From: an uncultured Methanosarcinaceae archaeon
GTDB taxonomy: Archaea > Halobacteriota > Methanosarcinia > Methanosarcinales > Methanosarcinaceae
Length of the DNA stretch: 64,000 bases
NCBI GenBank assembly: GCA_963727895.1
Contig: CAVSHT010000003.1
Location: 267,592-331,591, forward strand
Direction of reading: 5' to 3'
The number at the start of each line of letters is the position of its first letter. Position 1 is the stretch's first letter. Positions 11,107 to 21,512 of this stretch are shown here, piece after piece. The notes beneath the pieces were generated by a model. That model was not told the DNA's origin and ran no database searches. It worked only from the letters and a program-made list of their open reading frames with translations. Both the position numbers and the translations under genes were made by a program.

Positions 11107-12516
11107 TCACTGTTCTTTCAAATATTCATCAATTGCTTTTGCGGCTTTCTTGCCTGCGCCCATTGCACTGATAACGGTTGCTGCGCCTGTGACTACATCT
11201 CCACCTGCAAAGACTCCGCACTTTGAGGTTGCACCGGTTTCTTCGTCTGCAATTACAGTACCTCTCTTGTTCTGGTCAAGACCTTCTGAACCTTTGAAGA
11301 TCATCGGGTTTGGAGAAGTACCAATTGCAATAACCACTACATCAGCAGGGATTGTGAATTCCGAACCTTCTACAGGGACAGGGCTTCTTCTTCCAGATTT
11401 ATCAGGTTCGCCAAGTTCCATTTTAATGCATTCAACGGCTGTAGCATTGAACTTTTCGTCACCAAGAATGCGGACAGGGTTTGTAAGGAGCCTGAAGGTT
11501 ATGCCTTCTTCTTTAGCGTGCTCGATTTCTTCCCTGCGGGCTGGCATCTCATCTTCCCCACGTCGGTAGACTATGCTTACCTCATTAGCGCCCAGACGAA
11601 GAGCTGAACGAGCGGCGTCCATTGCCACATTTCCGCCTCCAACGACCACAACACGCTTTCCTAGCCTGACTCTGGTATCATATTCTGGGTCATAGGCTTT
11701 CATGAAGTTTACGCGGGTAAGAAACTCGTTTGCAGAATATACGCCGTTGAAGTTTTCTCCTGGAATTCCCATAAAGCTTGGGAGGCCTGCGCCTGTGCCA
11801 AGGAAAACTGCATCGAATTCGTCACAGAGTTCATCTAAAGTCTTGATCCTGCCAATTATATAGTTGGGCTTGAACTCGACTCCAAGCTGTTTTATGTAGT
11901 CAATTTCCTGATGCACAATTTCCTTTGGTAATCTAAATTCGGGAATGCCGTAACTCAATACTCCGCCAGCCTTGTGGAGAGATTCAAAAACTGTGACTTT
12001 GTGCCCCATCTTTGCAAGATCTGCTGCGGCAGTAAGCCCTGCAGGACCTGAACCTACAACAGCTACTTTCTTTCCTGTAGGTTCCGAAACTTCAGGAACC
12101 TTCACTCCCTGCTGGCGTTCGTAGTCGGCACAGAAACGTTCGAGTCTTCCTATTGCTACCGGCTGTCCTTTCTTTCCGAGCACGCATAGAGCTTCGCACT
12201 GAGTTTCCTGAGGGCATACACGGCCACAAATTGCAGGAAGTGCATTTGTGCCTTTAATTTTTTCTATTGCTCCTGAGAAGTCTTCTTCGCAGATTAACTT
12301 GATAAAACCTGGAATATCGACATTTACAGGGCAGCCTTCAACACATTTTGGTTCCTTGCAGGAAAGGCAACGAGAGGCTTCAGCCAGAGCGTCTTCTTTC
12401 GTGTAGCCAAGGGCTACTTCATTAAAATTCTTTCTGCGCTCTTCTGCAGGCTGTTCTGGCATTGGGGTTCTTTCTTTCTTTGCCTTTACTGTTTTTTCTC
12501 CATTTAGTTCTTGCAT
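11107..12516 (-). CDS. sudA: NADPH-dependent GltD-like oxidoreductase (SudA / NfnB subunit)
   Basis: RCLSCKEPKCVEGCP and CGRVCPQETQCEALC Fe-S motifs, GSGPAG, GGGNVAMD, FAGGDVVTG. Confidence 0.88.
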   Translation of the reverse strand: MQELNGEKTVKAKKERTPMPEQPAEERRKNFNEVALGYTKEDALAEASRCLSCKEPKCVEGCPVNVDIPGFIKLICEEDFSGAIEKIKGTNALPAICGRVCPQETQCEALCVLGKKGQPVAIGRLERFCADYERQQGVKVPEVSEPTGKKVAVVGSGPAGLTAAADLAKMGHKVTVFESLHKAGGVLSYGIPEFRLPKEIVHQEIDYIKQLGVEFKPNYIIGRIKTLDELCDEFDAVFLGTGAGLPSFMGIPGENFNGVYSANEFLTRVNFMKAYDPEYDTRVRLGKRVVVVGGGNVAMDAARSALRLGANEVSIVYRRGEDEMPARREEIEHAKEEGITFRLLTNPVRILGDEKFNATAVECIKMELGEPDKSGRRSPVPVEGSEFTIPADVVVIAIGTSPNPMIFKGSEGLDQNKRGTVIADEETGATSKCGVFAGGDVVTGAATVISAMGAGKKAAKAIDEYLKEQ

Positions 12517-12536
12517 TTTTTCATCCCCTTCTTATA

Positions 12537-13382
12537 TCAGTGCAGTCCACACCTGCATTTCTCTTCATAATTCTCCACAGCTTTTGTCTCTTCGCCACGG
12601 TACATTGAAAGCCTGTTCATGAGTTCTACAAAATCGACTTTTCTTGCGTCAAATTCAGGTCCATCAACGCAGGTGAATCTTGTTTTTCCGTCAACTGTAA
12701 CCCTGCATCCGCCGCACATACCTGTTCCATCCACCATAATGGAGTTAAGGCTGACCAGAATTTCAACATCATAAGGAGAAGCTACTCCGGCTCCTACTTT
12801 CATCATTATTGGAGGTCCGATAATCACAACTCTTGCAACTTTTTCTCCGCTGCCCAGAATCTGTCTCATTATATCGGTCACAAATCCATGGTGTCCTTTT
12901 GAGCCGTCATCAGTTGCAATATATAGTTCAGAGCTGGCATTTTTCATTTCCTCTTCAAGGATAAGAAGATCTTTGTTCCGGGCTCCTATAATGGAAATTA
13001 CCTTGTTTCCCGCTTTGCTATAAGCTTTTGCCTGGGGATAGGCCGGGGCAACTCCTACACCTCCTCCTACAAGGATAACAGTGCCGAGTTTCCTTATATC
13101 GGAAGGAGTGCCAAGAGGCCCGACAAAGTCTTCCAGAAACTCGCCTGCGGAGAGTTTTGCAAGCTGTTTTGTAGTCTTTCCCATCTCTTGAAATATTATA
13201 GTTACTGTACCTTCATCTTTTTCAAAATCAGCAATTGTAAAGGGAACTCTTTCCCCATTTTCATCAATTCTAAGGATTATGAACTGTCCGGCTTTTGCAG
13301 CCTTCGCCACATCAGGAGCATCTATTACCATCCTGTGCACTGATGGGGAAATTTCTTCTTTTTTAAGTATTTTATATGCCAT
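12537..13382 (-). CDS. sudB: Sulfide/dihydroorotate dehydrogenase-like electron transfer subunit (SudB / NfnA)
   Basis: GQFIILR, GGGVG and the 2Fe-2S motif MVDGTGMCGGCRV...CVDGPEF; paired with sudA. Confidence 0.88.
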   Translation of the reverse strand: MAYKILKKEEISPSVHRMVIDAPDVAKAAKAGQFIILRIDENGERVPFTIADFEKDEGTVTIIFQEMGKTTKQLAKLSAGEFLEDFVGPLGTPSDIRKLGTVILVGGGVGVAPAYPQAKAYSKAGNKVISIIGARNKDLLILEEEMKNASSELYIATDDGSKGHHGFVTDIMRQILGSGEKVARVVIIGPPIMMKVGAGVASPYDVEILVSLNSIMVDGTGMCGGCRVTVDGKTRFTCVDGPEFDARKVDFVELMNRLSMYRGEETKAVENYEEKCRCGLH

Positions 13383-13947
13383 GAGATCACATTTTCCTAA
13401 GTAAAAGTAATTTTGAATAAAGGAATCGGTTAATCTTAATATAGAGGATTTACTCTCAGTTTTTCCTGACTCCCGAGTTTTCAGCTCGGACGATCTCCTT
13501 ATATTGATTAATGAGATATATATTCTCCCAAATAATTTTAATTATTTTTCAGTATATATTTTGTTTTTTGATTCTAAGTTCCAGTCCTTTCAATACTTCT
13601 TTTTTAAAAAGAGTTTTGGAATTCTTCAACTTTTTTACAATTATTGCAATAATTTAATAAATATAGTGGGTATACTAACATTAAGGGATAATTCCTGAAA
13701 CGGTTCATTCAGGAGGTGGATTGGCAAAGAGTGGATAAAGTAAAATATATAAATATCCATATATTAGGTAAATATCCAGATATATAACCAATTTTTGGCT
13801 GTATTTGGACTTGAAAGCTTAAAATCTTTGCTTGAATGAAAAATTCGTCTGCTGTATTGTTAATAAAGAGCTGGCAATTTCGTTTTGGAAGGCGGATTAA
13901 GGGGAAAGCTCAACTGAGATAATTTATGCATAATGGGGGTTAAACAA

Positions 13948-14088
13948 ATGCCTGAAGAAAGAAGAGAAGGTACAAAGGGAGAAAAAGTAGAGAAAATAGA
14001 AGGGGAAGAAGTAGCTGACATCGATCCAATTCATCCTACTGAAGCACGGGGCGGCAAGAAGAGATCACTCCTTGATACCTGTAAATAA
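13948..14088 (+). CDS. Small charged hypothetical protein (46 aa), below the ORF-track cutoff
   Basis: MPEERREGTKGEKVEKIEGEEVADIDPIHPTEARGGKKRSLLDTCK; GGGGGT RBS; purine-rich coding-like composition; T-rich tract after the stop. Confidence 0.55.
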   Translation: MPEERREGTKGEKVEKIEGEEVADIDPIHPTEARGGKKRSLLDTCK

Positions 14089-14383
14089 TCTAACTTATTT
14101 TTCATTTTTTGGTAGGGATAATATGATCCCGAGTTGAACATTTTTGCTTTTTGCTCTATTTTTACTATTTTTCGATTTCGTCTTTTTTAAAAAGAGTTTC
14201 TTGCCTTTCATTCAAGGCGTGAATATATTCAGTTATTTTCCAGGCAAAGTTTATTTAATGACTTTCATTATATATTACACAATCTCGTATTTTCAGTCTA
14301 TTGATTATCTCTTTATTAAGCTAATCTATAAACTTCCAATTCAATGAGTAAGATTGCCTACGTTTTAACAATCCTTCAAGGAG

Positions 14384-15760
14384 ATGACAGGTATAAAATC
14401 AATAATTCTTGCAGGCGGCTCAGGAACTCGACTTTGGCCTCTAAGCCGTGAAATGTATCCCAAGCAGTTTTTAAAATTTGGAAATACTTCCCTCTTCCAG
14501 GAAACTGTTCTTCGCTGCCTTGAAATTTCTGATATTTCAGAAATCTTTGTTGTAACGAATGAAGCTCAAAAGTTTTTTGTAATAGGCCAGATTAAGGAAA
14601 TTGGGTACTCTATCCCTCCAGAAAACATTTTAATTGAGCCTGAAGGCAAGAATACTCTCCCTGCAATCTTCTTTGGAATGAAAGAAATTGAAAAAAAATT
14701 TGGGCCTTCTGTAGTAGGAATCTTTTCTTCGGATCATATCCTTGATAAAACTGCAATGCAGACAATCTCTTCAGCTGAAGAGCTCATTTCAGATTATCTG
14801 GTTACTTTTGGAGTTGTTCCTACTTTCCCTCATACCGGATATGGGTATATCAAACCCTCAGAAGCATGTTTACTAGGTTATAAGGTCTCAGGATTCAGAG
14901 AAAAACCGGATCTAGAGACTGCAGAAAAATACATTCAGGAAGGTTGTCTCTGGAATAGCGGAATGTTCCTTTTCGAAACTGGGCTTTTCTTTGAAGAAGT
15001 TAAAAAACATGCACCTTCGGTTTTCGCCTGTTTTGAGAGTGGAAAAAATATTAATGAAATTTATGCATGTGTGGACAAAATTTCCATTGATTATGGGATA
15101 ATGGAAAAGTCGGATAAGGTTGCAGTCGTAAAGCTGGAGCATAAATGGGGTGATCTTGGGAATTTTGCGGCAATATATGACGAGTTTGAAAAAGATTCAG
15201 TAGGAAATGTGGTTCATGAATGTGATCCTCTTCTGCTCAATTCTGATGGAAATTTTGTGTATTCAAGACCAGGTAAGATTGTCTCACTCATCGATGTCAA
15301 AGATATGGTTGTTGTCGATACCAGCGATGCTCTGCTAGTCTGTCCTAAATCAAGTAGTCAAAAGGTAAAGGAGATTGTCTCTACACTTAAAGATAGGGAT
15401 GATGAAAGAGCATACATAGGGCAGACCGTTTACAGGCCCTGGGGTTCATATACTTTACTTGAGACATCTGCTGAACACAAAATTAAAAATATTACTGTGC
15501 TTCCTGATCATAAGTTAAGCCTCCAGTTGCATTACCATCGAAGTGAACACTGGGTTATTGTTAAAGGGATGGCCTGTGTGGAAATTAAAGATAGGCAGTT
15601 TTTCCTGAGACCCGGAGAGAGTACTTTTATCCGTGCAGGAGAAAAACACAGATTATCTAATCCCGGAAAAATTCCACTTGAGATTATTGAAGTTCAGCTC
15701 GGAGAACTTGTAGACGAAGAGGATATTGTCAGGTTTGATGATGTATATGGGAGGAGCTGA
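14384..15760 (+). CDS. manC: Mannose-1-phosphate guanylyltransferase / mannose-6-phosphate isomerase
   Basis: LAGGSGTRLWPLSR...PKQF, WNSGMF, ISIDYGIMEK and the C-terminal cupin RPWG...LSLQLHYHRSEHW. Confidence 0.95.
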   Translation: MTGIKSIILAGGSGTRLWPLSREMYPKQFLKFGNTSLFQETVLRCLEISDISEIFVVTNEAQKFFVIGQIKEIGYSIPPENILIEPEGKNTLPAIFFGMKEIEKKFGPSVVGIFSSDHILDKTAMQTISSAEELISDYLVTFGVVPTFPHTGYGYIKPSEACLLGYKVSGFREKPDLETAEKYIQEGCLWNSGMFLFETGLFFEEVKKHAPSVFACFESGKNINEIYACVDKISIDYGIMEKSDKVAVVKLEHKWGDLGNFAAIYDEFEKDSVGNVVHECDPLLLNSDGNFVYSRPGKIVSLIDVKDMVVVDTSDALLVCPKSSSQKVKEIVSTLKDRDDERAYIGQTVYRPWGSYTLLETSAEHKIKNITVLPDHKLSLQLHYHRSEHWVIVKGMACVEIKDRQFFLRPGESTFIRAGEKHRLSNPGKIPLEIIEVQLGELVDEEDIVRFDDVYGRS

Positions 15761-15765
15761 TAAAG

Positions 15766-16317
15766 GTGGATGTTATAAAAACGAAAATTAAAGATCTTTG
15801 TATACTTGAACCTACAGTTTTTAGGGATGATAGGGGTTATTTTTTTGAAAGTTATAATAAAAAAACCCTGGATGACCTTTTAGGAAAAGAGTATACTTTT
15901 GTTCAGGATAACGAATCAAAGTCATCTTATGGAGTAATTCGTGGTTTACACTATCAACTGGCTCCTTTTAGTCAGTCGAAACTCGTAAGAGTTTTGCAAG
16001 GAACAGTATACGATGTTGCAGTAGATCTAAGGAAAAATTCCCCTACTTTTCTAGAATGGGTTGGAGTTGAACTTTCAGGTGAAAATAAAAGGCAGTTTTT
16101 AATTCCTAAAGGCTTTGCTCATGGATTTTCTGTACTAAGTGAAACTGCCATTTTTCAATACAAATGTGATGAATACTACCATCCTGAGGCTGAAGCAGGA
16201 ATTATCTATAATGATCCATCACTCAATATTGACTGGAAAATAAAAGCCGAGGATCTAAAGCACTCTCCAAAAGATCTGCTACTCCCCAAATTAGAAGATG
16301 CCACGATGAATTTTTAA
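15766..16317 (+). CDS. rmlC: dTDP-4-dehydrorhamnose 3,5-epimerase
   Basis: DDRGYFFESY, VQDNES, RGLHYQ, GFAHGF. Confidence 0.95.
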   Translation: MDVIKTKIKDLCILEPTVFRDDRGYFFESYNKKTLDDLLGKEYTFVQDNESKSSYGVIRGLHYQLAPFSQSKLVRVLQGTVYDVAVDLRKNSPTFLEWVGVELSGENKRQFLIPKGFAHGFSVLSETAIFQYKCDEYYHPEAEAGIIYNDPSLNIDWKIKAEDLKHSPKDLLLPKLEDATMNF

Positions 16318-16428
16318 AGCTTAGGCAAATTTTATTCCCTGATCACAATTTATCCATTAATTCTAATTTATAGCATTGTATTTCTATTAACCTATTAACT
16401 ATTTATCTTATACCAAGAGGTGGCCTAA

Positions 16429-17385
16429 ATGAGACTTCTAGTTACAGGAGGTTGCGGATTCATAGGCAGCAACTTTATCCATTACCTGCTTGAAAAGTAT
16501 CCCAACTATCAAATTGTAATTTTTGACAAGTTAACTTATGCCGGAAATCTTACCAGTCTCAAAGATGTTGAAGATAATCCAAATTACTCTTTTGTTCAAG
16601 GAGATATCTGTGATTCGATAGCTGTTAATGAGGTAATGAAAGAAGTTGATTGTGTTGTACATTTCGCAGCCGAAAGCCATGTTGACCGATCTATTGAAGA
16701 TGGCTCTGTTTTCGTAAGAACAAATGTATTGGGGACAAATACTCTTCTGCAAAGTGCACTTGCACATAATATAAAGAAATTTATCCATATTTCAACTGAT
16801 GAAGTATATGGTAGCATTAAAGAAGGTTCTTTTAATGAAAAAGATAACCTGAATCCTTCAAGTCCTTATTCTTCAAGCAAAGCAGGTTCCGATCTTCTTG
16901 CAATGTCTTATTATACAACATACGGTCTTCCTGTTTGTATAACCCGTTGCACTAATAATTTTGGGCCTTATCAGTACCCTGAAAAATTAATTCCATTTTT
17001 TATCAGTAGATTAATGGAAGGAAAAAAGGTACCTGTTTATGGTACTGGTCTCAATATTCGGGACTGGATTTATGTGGAAGACCACTGTTCTGCAGTGGAT
17101 TTTGTCCTTCACAATGGAACCAGCGGAGAAATCTATAATATAGATGGTGGAAACGAGCTTACAAACCTTGAAATCACTTACCGTATTCTTAAAATGCTTG
17201 GTAAAGACGAGTCTTCAATTGAATATGTTGAAGACCGAAAAGGTCATGATTTCCGGTATTCTCTTGATGGAAGCAAGCTCGAAAATATGGGATGGACACC
17301 AAAATATGATTTTGATACTGCCCTTGAGCAAACAGTCAAATGGTATGTTGAAAATCGATGGTGGTGGGAACCATTAAAACGCTGA
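16429..17385 (+). CDS. rmlB: dTDP-glucose 4,6-dehydratase
   Basis: TGGCGFIG, HFAAESHVDRSI, STDEVYG, PYSSSKA. Confidence 0.96.
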   Translation: MRLLVTGGCGFIGSNFIHYLLEKYPNYQIVIFDKLTYAGNLTSLKDVEDNPNYSFVQGDICDSIAVNEVMKEVDCVVHFAAESHVDRSIEDGSVFVRTNVLGTNTLLQSALAHNIKKFIHISTDEVYGSIKEGSFNEKDNLNPSSPYSSSKAGSDLLAMSYYTTYGLPVCITRCTNNFGPYQYPEKLIPFFISRLMEGKKVPVYGTGLNIRDWIYVEDHCSAVDFVLHNGTSGEIYNIDGGNELTNLEITYRILKMLGKDESSIEYVEDRKGHDFRYSLDGSKLENMGWTPKYDFDTALEQTVKWYVENRWWWEPLKR

Positions 17386-18170
17386 TCATCGGTGCCGATG
17401 GTATGCTTGGATTCGATCTTTGTAAAGTATTTCCGGATGCAGTAAAACTGACACATGAAGACATTGACATTACAGATAGAGAGCAGGTATTGCAGTCCAT
17501 CCAAAAAATAAATCCTAAGCTCGTTATCAATGCCGCTGCTTACACCAATGTTGACGGCTGCGAAGACAACCAGGAATTGGCATTCAAGGTTAACGGATAT
17601 GGACCTGGATATATTGCTGAAGCCTGTAACAAAATAGGTGCAACACTTATACACTTCAGCACAGACTACGTATTTAACGGATCAAAAAAAGAGTATACAG
17701 AATCCGATATTCCTGCTGATCCTATTAATGTATACGGGCGTTCAAAACTTCTTGGTGAACAGAAGATCGCTGAAAATATGGATGACTATCGAATTATCCG
17801 GATTTCCTGGCTTTTTGGTACTCACGGAAAAAATTTTGTAGAAACAATATTGAAACTCTCTGGTGAAATAAAAAAAGTCAAAGTTGTTAATGATCAATTT
17901 GGAAAACCCACCTATACAGTAGATCTAGCTAATAAGATCGCCGAGATTGCTGAACTTGAAGCCGGTATATACCATGTGACAAATGATGGTATATGTTCCT
18001 GGTACGAGCTTGCATCTGCTGTTATAAATAATACTGTTCCATGTACAAGTGAAGAATTTCCAAAAAAAGCTAGACGTCCAAAGTATTCGGTTCTTGTAAA
18101 TACTAAAACCAAGCCTATGAGGCACTGGAAAGATGCACTTAAATATTATCTAAAGGAGAGAAATACATGA
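17358..18170 (+). CDS. rmlD: dTDP-4-dehydrorhamnose reductase
   Basis: GADGMLG, NAAAYTNVD, STDYVF, YGRSKLLGE, VNDQFGKPT. Confidence 0.95.
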   Translation: MVVGTIKTLIIGADGMLGFDLCKVFPDAVKLTHEDIDITDREQVLQSIQKINPKLVINAAAYTNVDGCEDNQELAFKVNGYGPGYIAEACNKIGATLIHFSTDYVFNGSKKEYTESDIPADPINVYGRSKLLGEQKIAENMDDYRIIRISWLFGTHGKNFVETILKLSGEIKKVKVVNDQFGKPTYTVDLANKIAEIAELEAGIYHVTNDGICSWYELASAVINNTVPCTSEEFPKKARRPKYSVLVNTKTKPMRHWKDALKYYLKERNT

Positions 18171-18883
18171 AAGGCATAATACTCGCAGGCGGTACTGGAA
18201 GCAGATTATACCCTCTGACTAAGGTTACAAACAAACACCTGTTACCTGTTTATGATAAACCAATGATCTATTATCCTATCCAGACTCTTATTAACGCAGG
18301 CATCAAGGAAATAATGATCGTATCCGGTCGAGGTCATGCAGGGCATTTTCTTGAGCTTCTGGGATCAGGTATAGATCTCGGGGTTAAATTTACATATGAA
18401 ATCCAGGAAGAAGCTGGTGGAATTGCACAGGCTTTAGGTCTTGCAGAGCGTTTTGCTGATGAAGATGATGTAACAGTGATCCTTGGGGATAATATTTTCC
18501 AGGATAACATTAAAGAGGATGTCTCGAAATTTACAGGTGGTGCCAAGATCTTCTTAAAAGAAGTGCAGGATGCTCACAGGTTTGGAGTGGCTGAACTTAA
18601 CGGTGACAAGGTAATAGGGATTCAGGAAAAACCTCATGATCCAAAAAGTAATTTTGCAGTTACCGGTCTTTATATATATAGCAATAGTGTATTCAAAACC
18701 GTTAAAACCCTTAAGCCTTCTGCACGAGGGGAACTTGAAATCACTGATGTCAACAATTATTTTGTTAATAATGAGACTATGGAATATCGCATTCTGGACG
18801 GTTTCTGGAGTGATGCAGGTACGTTTGAGAGTTTATTAAGAGCCGGAGTACTTATTCAGAAACACAGTAAAAACATGGAGTAA
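18167..18883 (+). CDS. rmlA: Glucose-1-phosphate thymidylyltransferase (short form)
   Basis: GIILAGGTGSRLYPLT...KHLLPVYDKPMI, SARGELEITD, WSDAGT. Confidence 0.92.
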   Translation: MKGIILAGGTGSRLYPLTKVTNKHLLPVYDKPMIYYPIQTLINAGIKEIMIVSGRGHAGHFLELLGSGIDLGVKFTYEIQEEAGGIAQALGLAERFADEDDVTVILGDNIFQDNIKEDVSKFTGGAKIFLKEVQDAHRFGVAELNGDKVIGIQEKPHDPKSNFAVTGLYIYSNSVFKTVKTLKPSARGELEITDVNNYFVNNETMEYRILDGFWSDAGTFESLLRAGVLIQKHSKNME

Positions 18884-18889
18884 AACTCA

Positions 18890-20317
18890 TTGACTACAGT
18901 TAAAAAAATAGCTAAGAACAATTTATTTTTACTTTCTGGTCAAGTGACAAGTTTAGTTCTTGGCTTATTTTATTTTGCTTATATGGCAGGATATTTAGGG
19001 GCCAAAAATTTAGGAATACTGAATACAGCAATCTCTCTTACTTTAATTATCGGACTTTTAGGAGATCTTGGATTAAGCTCGTTAATGACAAGAGAAATTT
19101 CACGTAATCAGTCCCTGGCTCCCAAATATCTGGGAAATATTCTCATAGTTAAAGTCTTATTATCAGTAGTTACTTTTTTAGTTGTTGTAGTTGTAGCAAA
19201 TATTCTTGGCTATTCTGAACCGGCAATACAGGTAATTTATATTATTATGTTATCTACTATTGCAACAAATTTTACTCAGGTTTTTACTGCGATTTTTCAA
19301 GCATTTGAAAGATTTGAGTTTCAATCTTTCGGTGTAATTCTAAATAGTATACTGATGACAGTAGGCATTATATTTTTAGTATACCATAAACTTGATTTAA
19401 TTTACTTTTCCCTTCTTTACTTTATTGTAAACTCAATTATTTTATTATATAGTTTTTTTATTTGTCTGAAAAAATTAACATTTTTTGATTTTCACATTGA
19501 TAGGGTTTTCTTGAAACAAATAATTTTAGAATCATTGCCATTCTGGTTAAATAGTGTTTTTGTTCTGATCTATTTTAAAATAGACATGGTAATGCTTTCT
19601 ATTATAAGTGGGGACACTTCCGTTGGATTGTACTCAGCCTCTTACAGGTTAATAGATGCTCTTAGCTTCATACCTGTAGTTCTTATGAGTACTATGTACC
19701 CTGTATTTTCAAAATTCTATGTTAGTTCAAGAGAATCTCTGGAATTTGCTTTCAAAAAATCATTTAAATTTTTGACAATAATTGCAATTCCAATTGGTAT
19801 AGGAACTACAATTCTAGCAGAAAGAATTATCTTGTTTATATATCGCGATGTCCAATATTCTCCTTCAGCTGTCGCTTTACAAATTTTAATATGGGCAAGT
19901 GTTCTGAGTTTTATGAACTATGGTCCTTCAACCTATTTTTCTTCAACAAATAGACAGAGAGCTCTTATGATATTCACCTGCATAGGAGCGATTCTTAACA
20001 TATTTTTAAACCTTATATTAATTCCTCGATTCAGTTATAACGGAGCAGCTGTTGCAACTGTCTGTTCCGAATTAGCTGTGGGAATACTGATGATTTCTAA
20101 TATACACGTACAAAATTTATCTGGTTTATTAACTGATGTTATACTTAAATCGTTAGTTGCAGGAGCGTTTATGGGAATCTTTCTTTTAATTTTCCATAGT
20201 TTCACATTGATATTGTTGATTTTATTTGCAGCAATTATATACTTTATTATCCTGTATATTATAAATGGTTTTGAAAAGGAAGAGGTCAATTTATTTAATC
20301 AGGTGTTTGGAAGATAA
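18890..20317 (+). CDS. Polysaccharide/oligosaccharide flippase (Wzx/MATE-like)
   Basis: About 12-14 hydrophobic segments; DLGLSSLMTREI, KIDMVML, VGLYSASYRL, LIPRFSYNGAAVAT. Confidence 0.88.
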   Translation: MTTVKKIAKNNLFLLSGQVTSLVLGLFYFAYMAGYLGAKNLGILNTAISLTLIIGLLGDLGLSSLMTREISRNQSLAPKYLGNILIVKVLLSVVTFLVVVVVANILGYSEPAIQVIYIIMLSTIATNFTQVFTAIFQAFERFEFQSFGVILNSILMTVGIIFLVYHKLDLIYFSLLYFIVNSIILLYSFFICLKKLTFFDFHIDRVFLKQIILESLPFWLNSVFVLIYFKIDMVMLSIISGDTSVGLYSASYRLIDALSFIPVVLMSTMYPVFSKFYVSSRESLEFAFKKSFKFLTIIAIPIGIGTTILAERIILFIYRDVQYSPSAVALQILIWASVLSFMNYGPSTYFSSTNRQRALMIFTCIGAILNIFLNLILIPRFSYNGAAVATVCSELAVGILMISNIHVQNLSGLLTDVILKSLVAGAFMGIFLLIFHSFTLILLILFAAIIYFIILYIINGFEKEEVNLFNQVFGR

Positions 20318-20320
20318 AAA

Positions 20321-21283
20321 ATGGACTGTCCTAAAGTTATCATTATCATTCTCAACTGGAATGGTAAAGAGAATACGATAAATTGCCTTGATGCTCTCAA
20401 GCTAACAACATATCCTAATTATGAGATCACAGTAGTTGATAATGGATCTACAGATGGATCTGTAGAATACTTTAAGGATCATTATCCTGAAGTTAAACTC
20501 GTTGAAAACGGGAAAAATCTTGGATTTGCTGAAGGAAATAATGTAGCTATAAGAGAAGTCCTGGAAAGAAAGGAAACTAAGTATATTGCTTTGCTGAATA
20601 ATGATACAATAGTAGAACCTGATTGGCTGGAGAAACTTGTAAATGCTCTGGAGCACGATGAAAATATAGGCTCCTGCCAGCCAAAAATATTATCATTAAA
20701 AAATACAGACACTATTGACGCAGTTGGGATTTATGTTAGCAAGGATGGAGCAGCATATCAAGAAGGGCATAACGAAAAAGACCTTGGTCAATATGGTAAG
20801 ACCACAGAGGTATTTGGAGTATGTGCAGGTGCTGCTCTCTATAGAGTAAAAATGTTAGAGCAGATAGGTGTTTTTGATAAAGACTTTTTTGCTTATTATG
20901 AGGATGTTGACCTTGCTATCCGCGCAAGGCTGTTTGGATGGAAGAGCGTTTGTGTTCCTCAAGCTGTGATTTATCACATACATTCTGCTACTCTTGGGGA
21001 TGATTCTCCTTTTAAGAAGTATCTTCTTGAAAGAAATTCTTACTATTATGTTTTTAAAAATTTACCTCGAAAAGTCATTCTGTCATTTTTGATCTGGAAA
21101 GCTCGTTTTATTTTTTTCACATTATATGATTTAACCAGAAACAAAAAATTCAACCTAATTAAATCTATGATTAAAGGAAACCTATCCGCTCTTGAAAATC
21201 TTCCTGTTATAATCTCTAAAAGATCAGAACTTCAAAATAAAAAAATAGTTTCTGAAGAAGACTTTATGATGTTATTGAGGTAA
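20321..21283 (+). CDS. Glycosyltransferase family 2 (rhamnosyltransferase-like)
   Basis: ILNWNG, VDNGSTD, NLGFAEGNN, LLNND, YYEDVDL. Confidence 0.9.
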   Translation: MDCPKVIIIILNWNGKENTINCLDALKLTTYPNYEITVVDNGSTDGSVEYFKDHYPEVKLVENGKNLGFAEGNNVAIREVLERKETKYIALLNNDTIVEPDWLEKLVNALEHDENIGSCQPKILSLKNTDTIDAVGIYVSKDGAAYQEGHNEKDLGQYGKTTEVFGVCAGAALYRVKMLEQIGVFDKDFFAYYEDVDLAIRARLFGWKSVCVPQAVIYHIHSATLGDDSPFKKYLLERNSYYYVFKNLPRKVILSFLIWKARFIFFTLYDLTRNKKFNLIKSMIKGNLSALENLPVIISKRSELQNKKIVSEEDFMMLLR

Positions 21284-21512
21284 GAATAAGTGCTTTTGAA
21301 TTAAATCTCTATAATATTAAAAATATCTTACAAGTTTCTTATATCCAGTTATTTTAATTTAATAACTATATCTTATATATAAAATTTTAACATTAATTAT
21401 TAATTTTTAGGGCTAAAATTGAAGTACAAAATTAAATATACATCCAATTTCAGCTCGAATTTACATTTTAATCTGTAAAATACTTATTTTATTGAATATT
21501 TCACAAATATTG

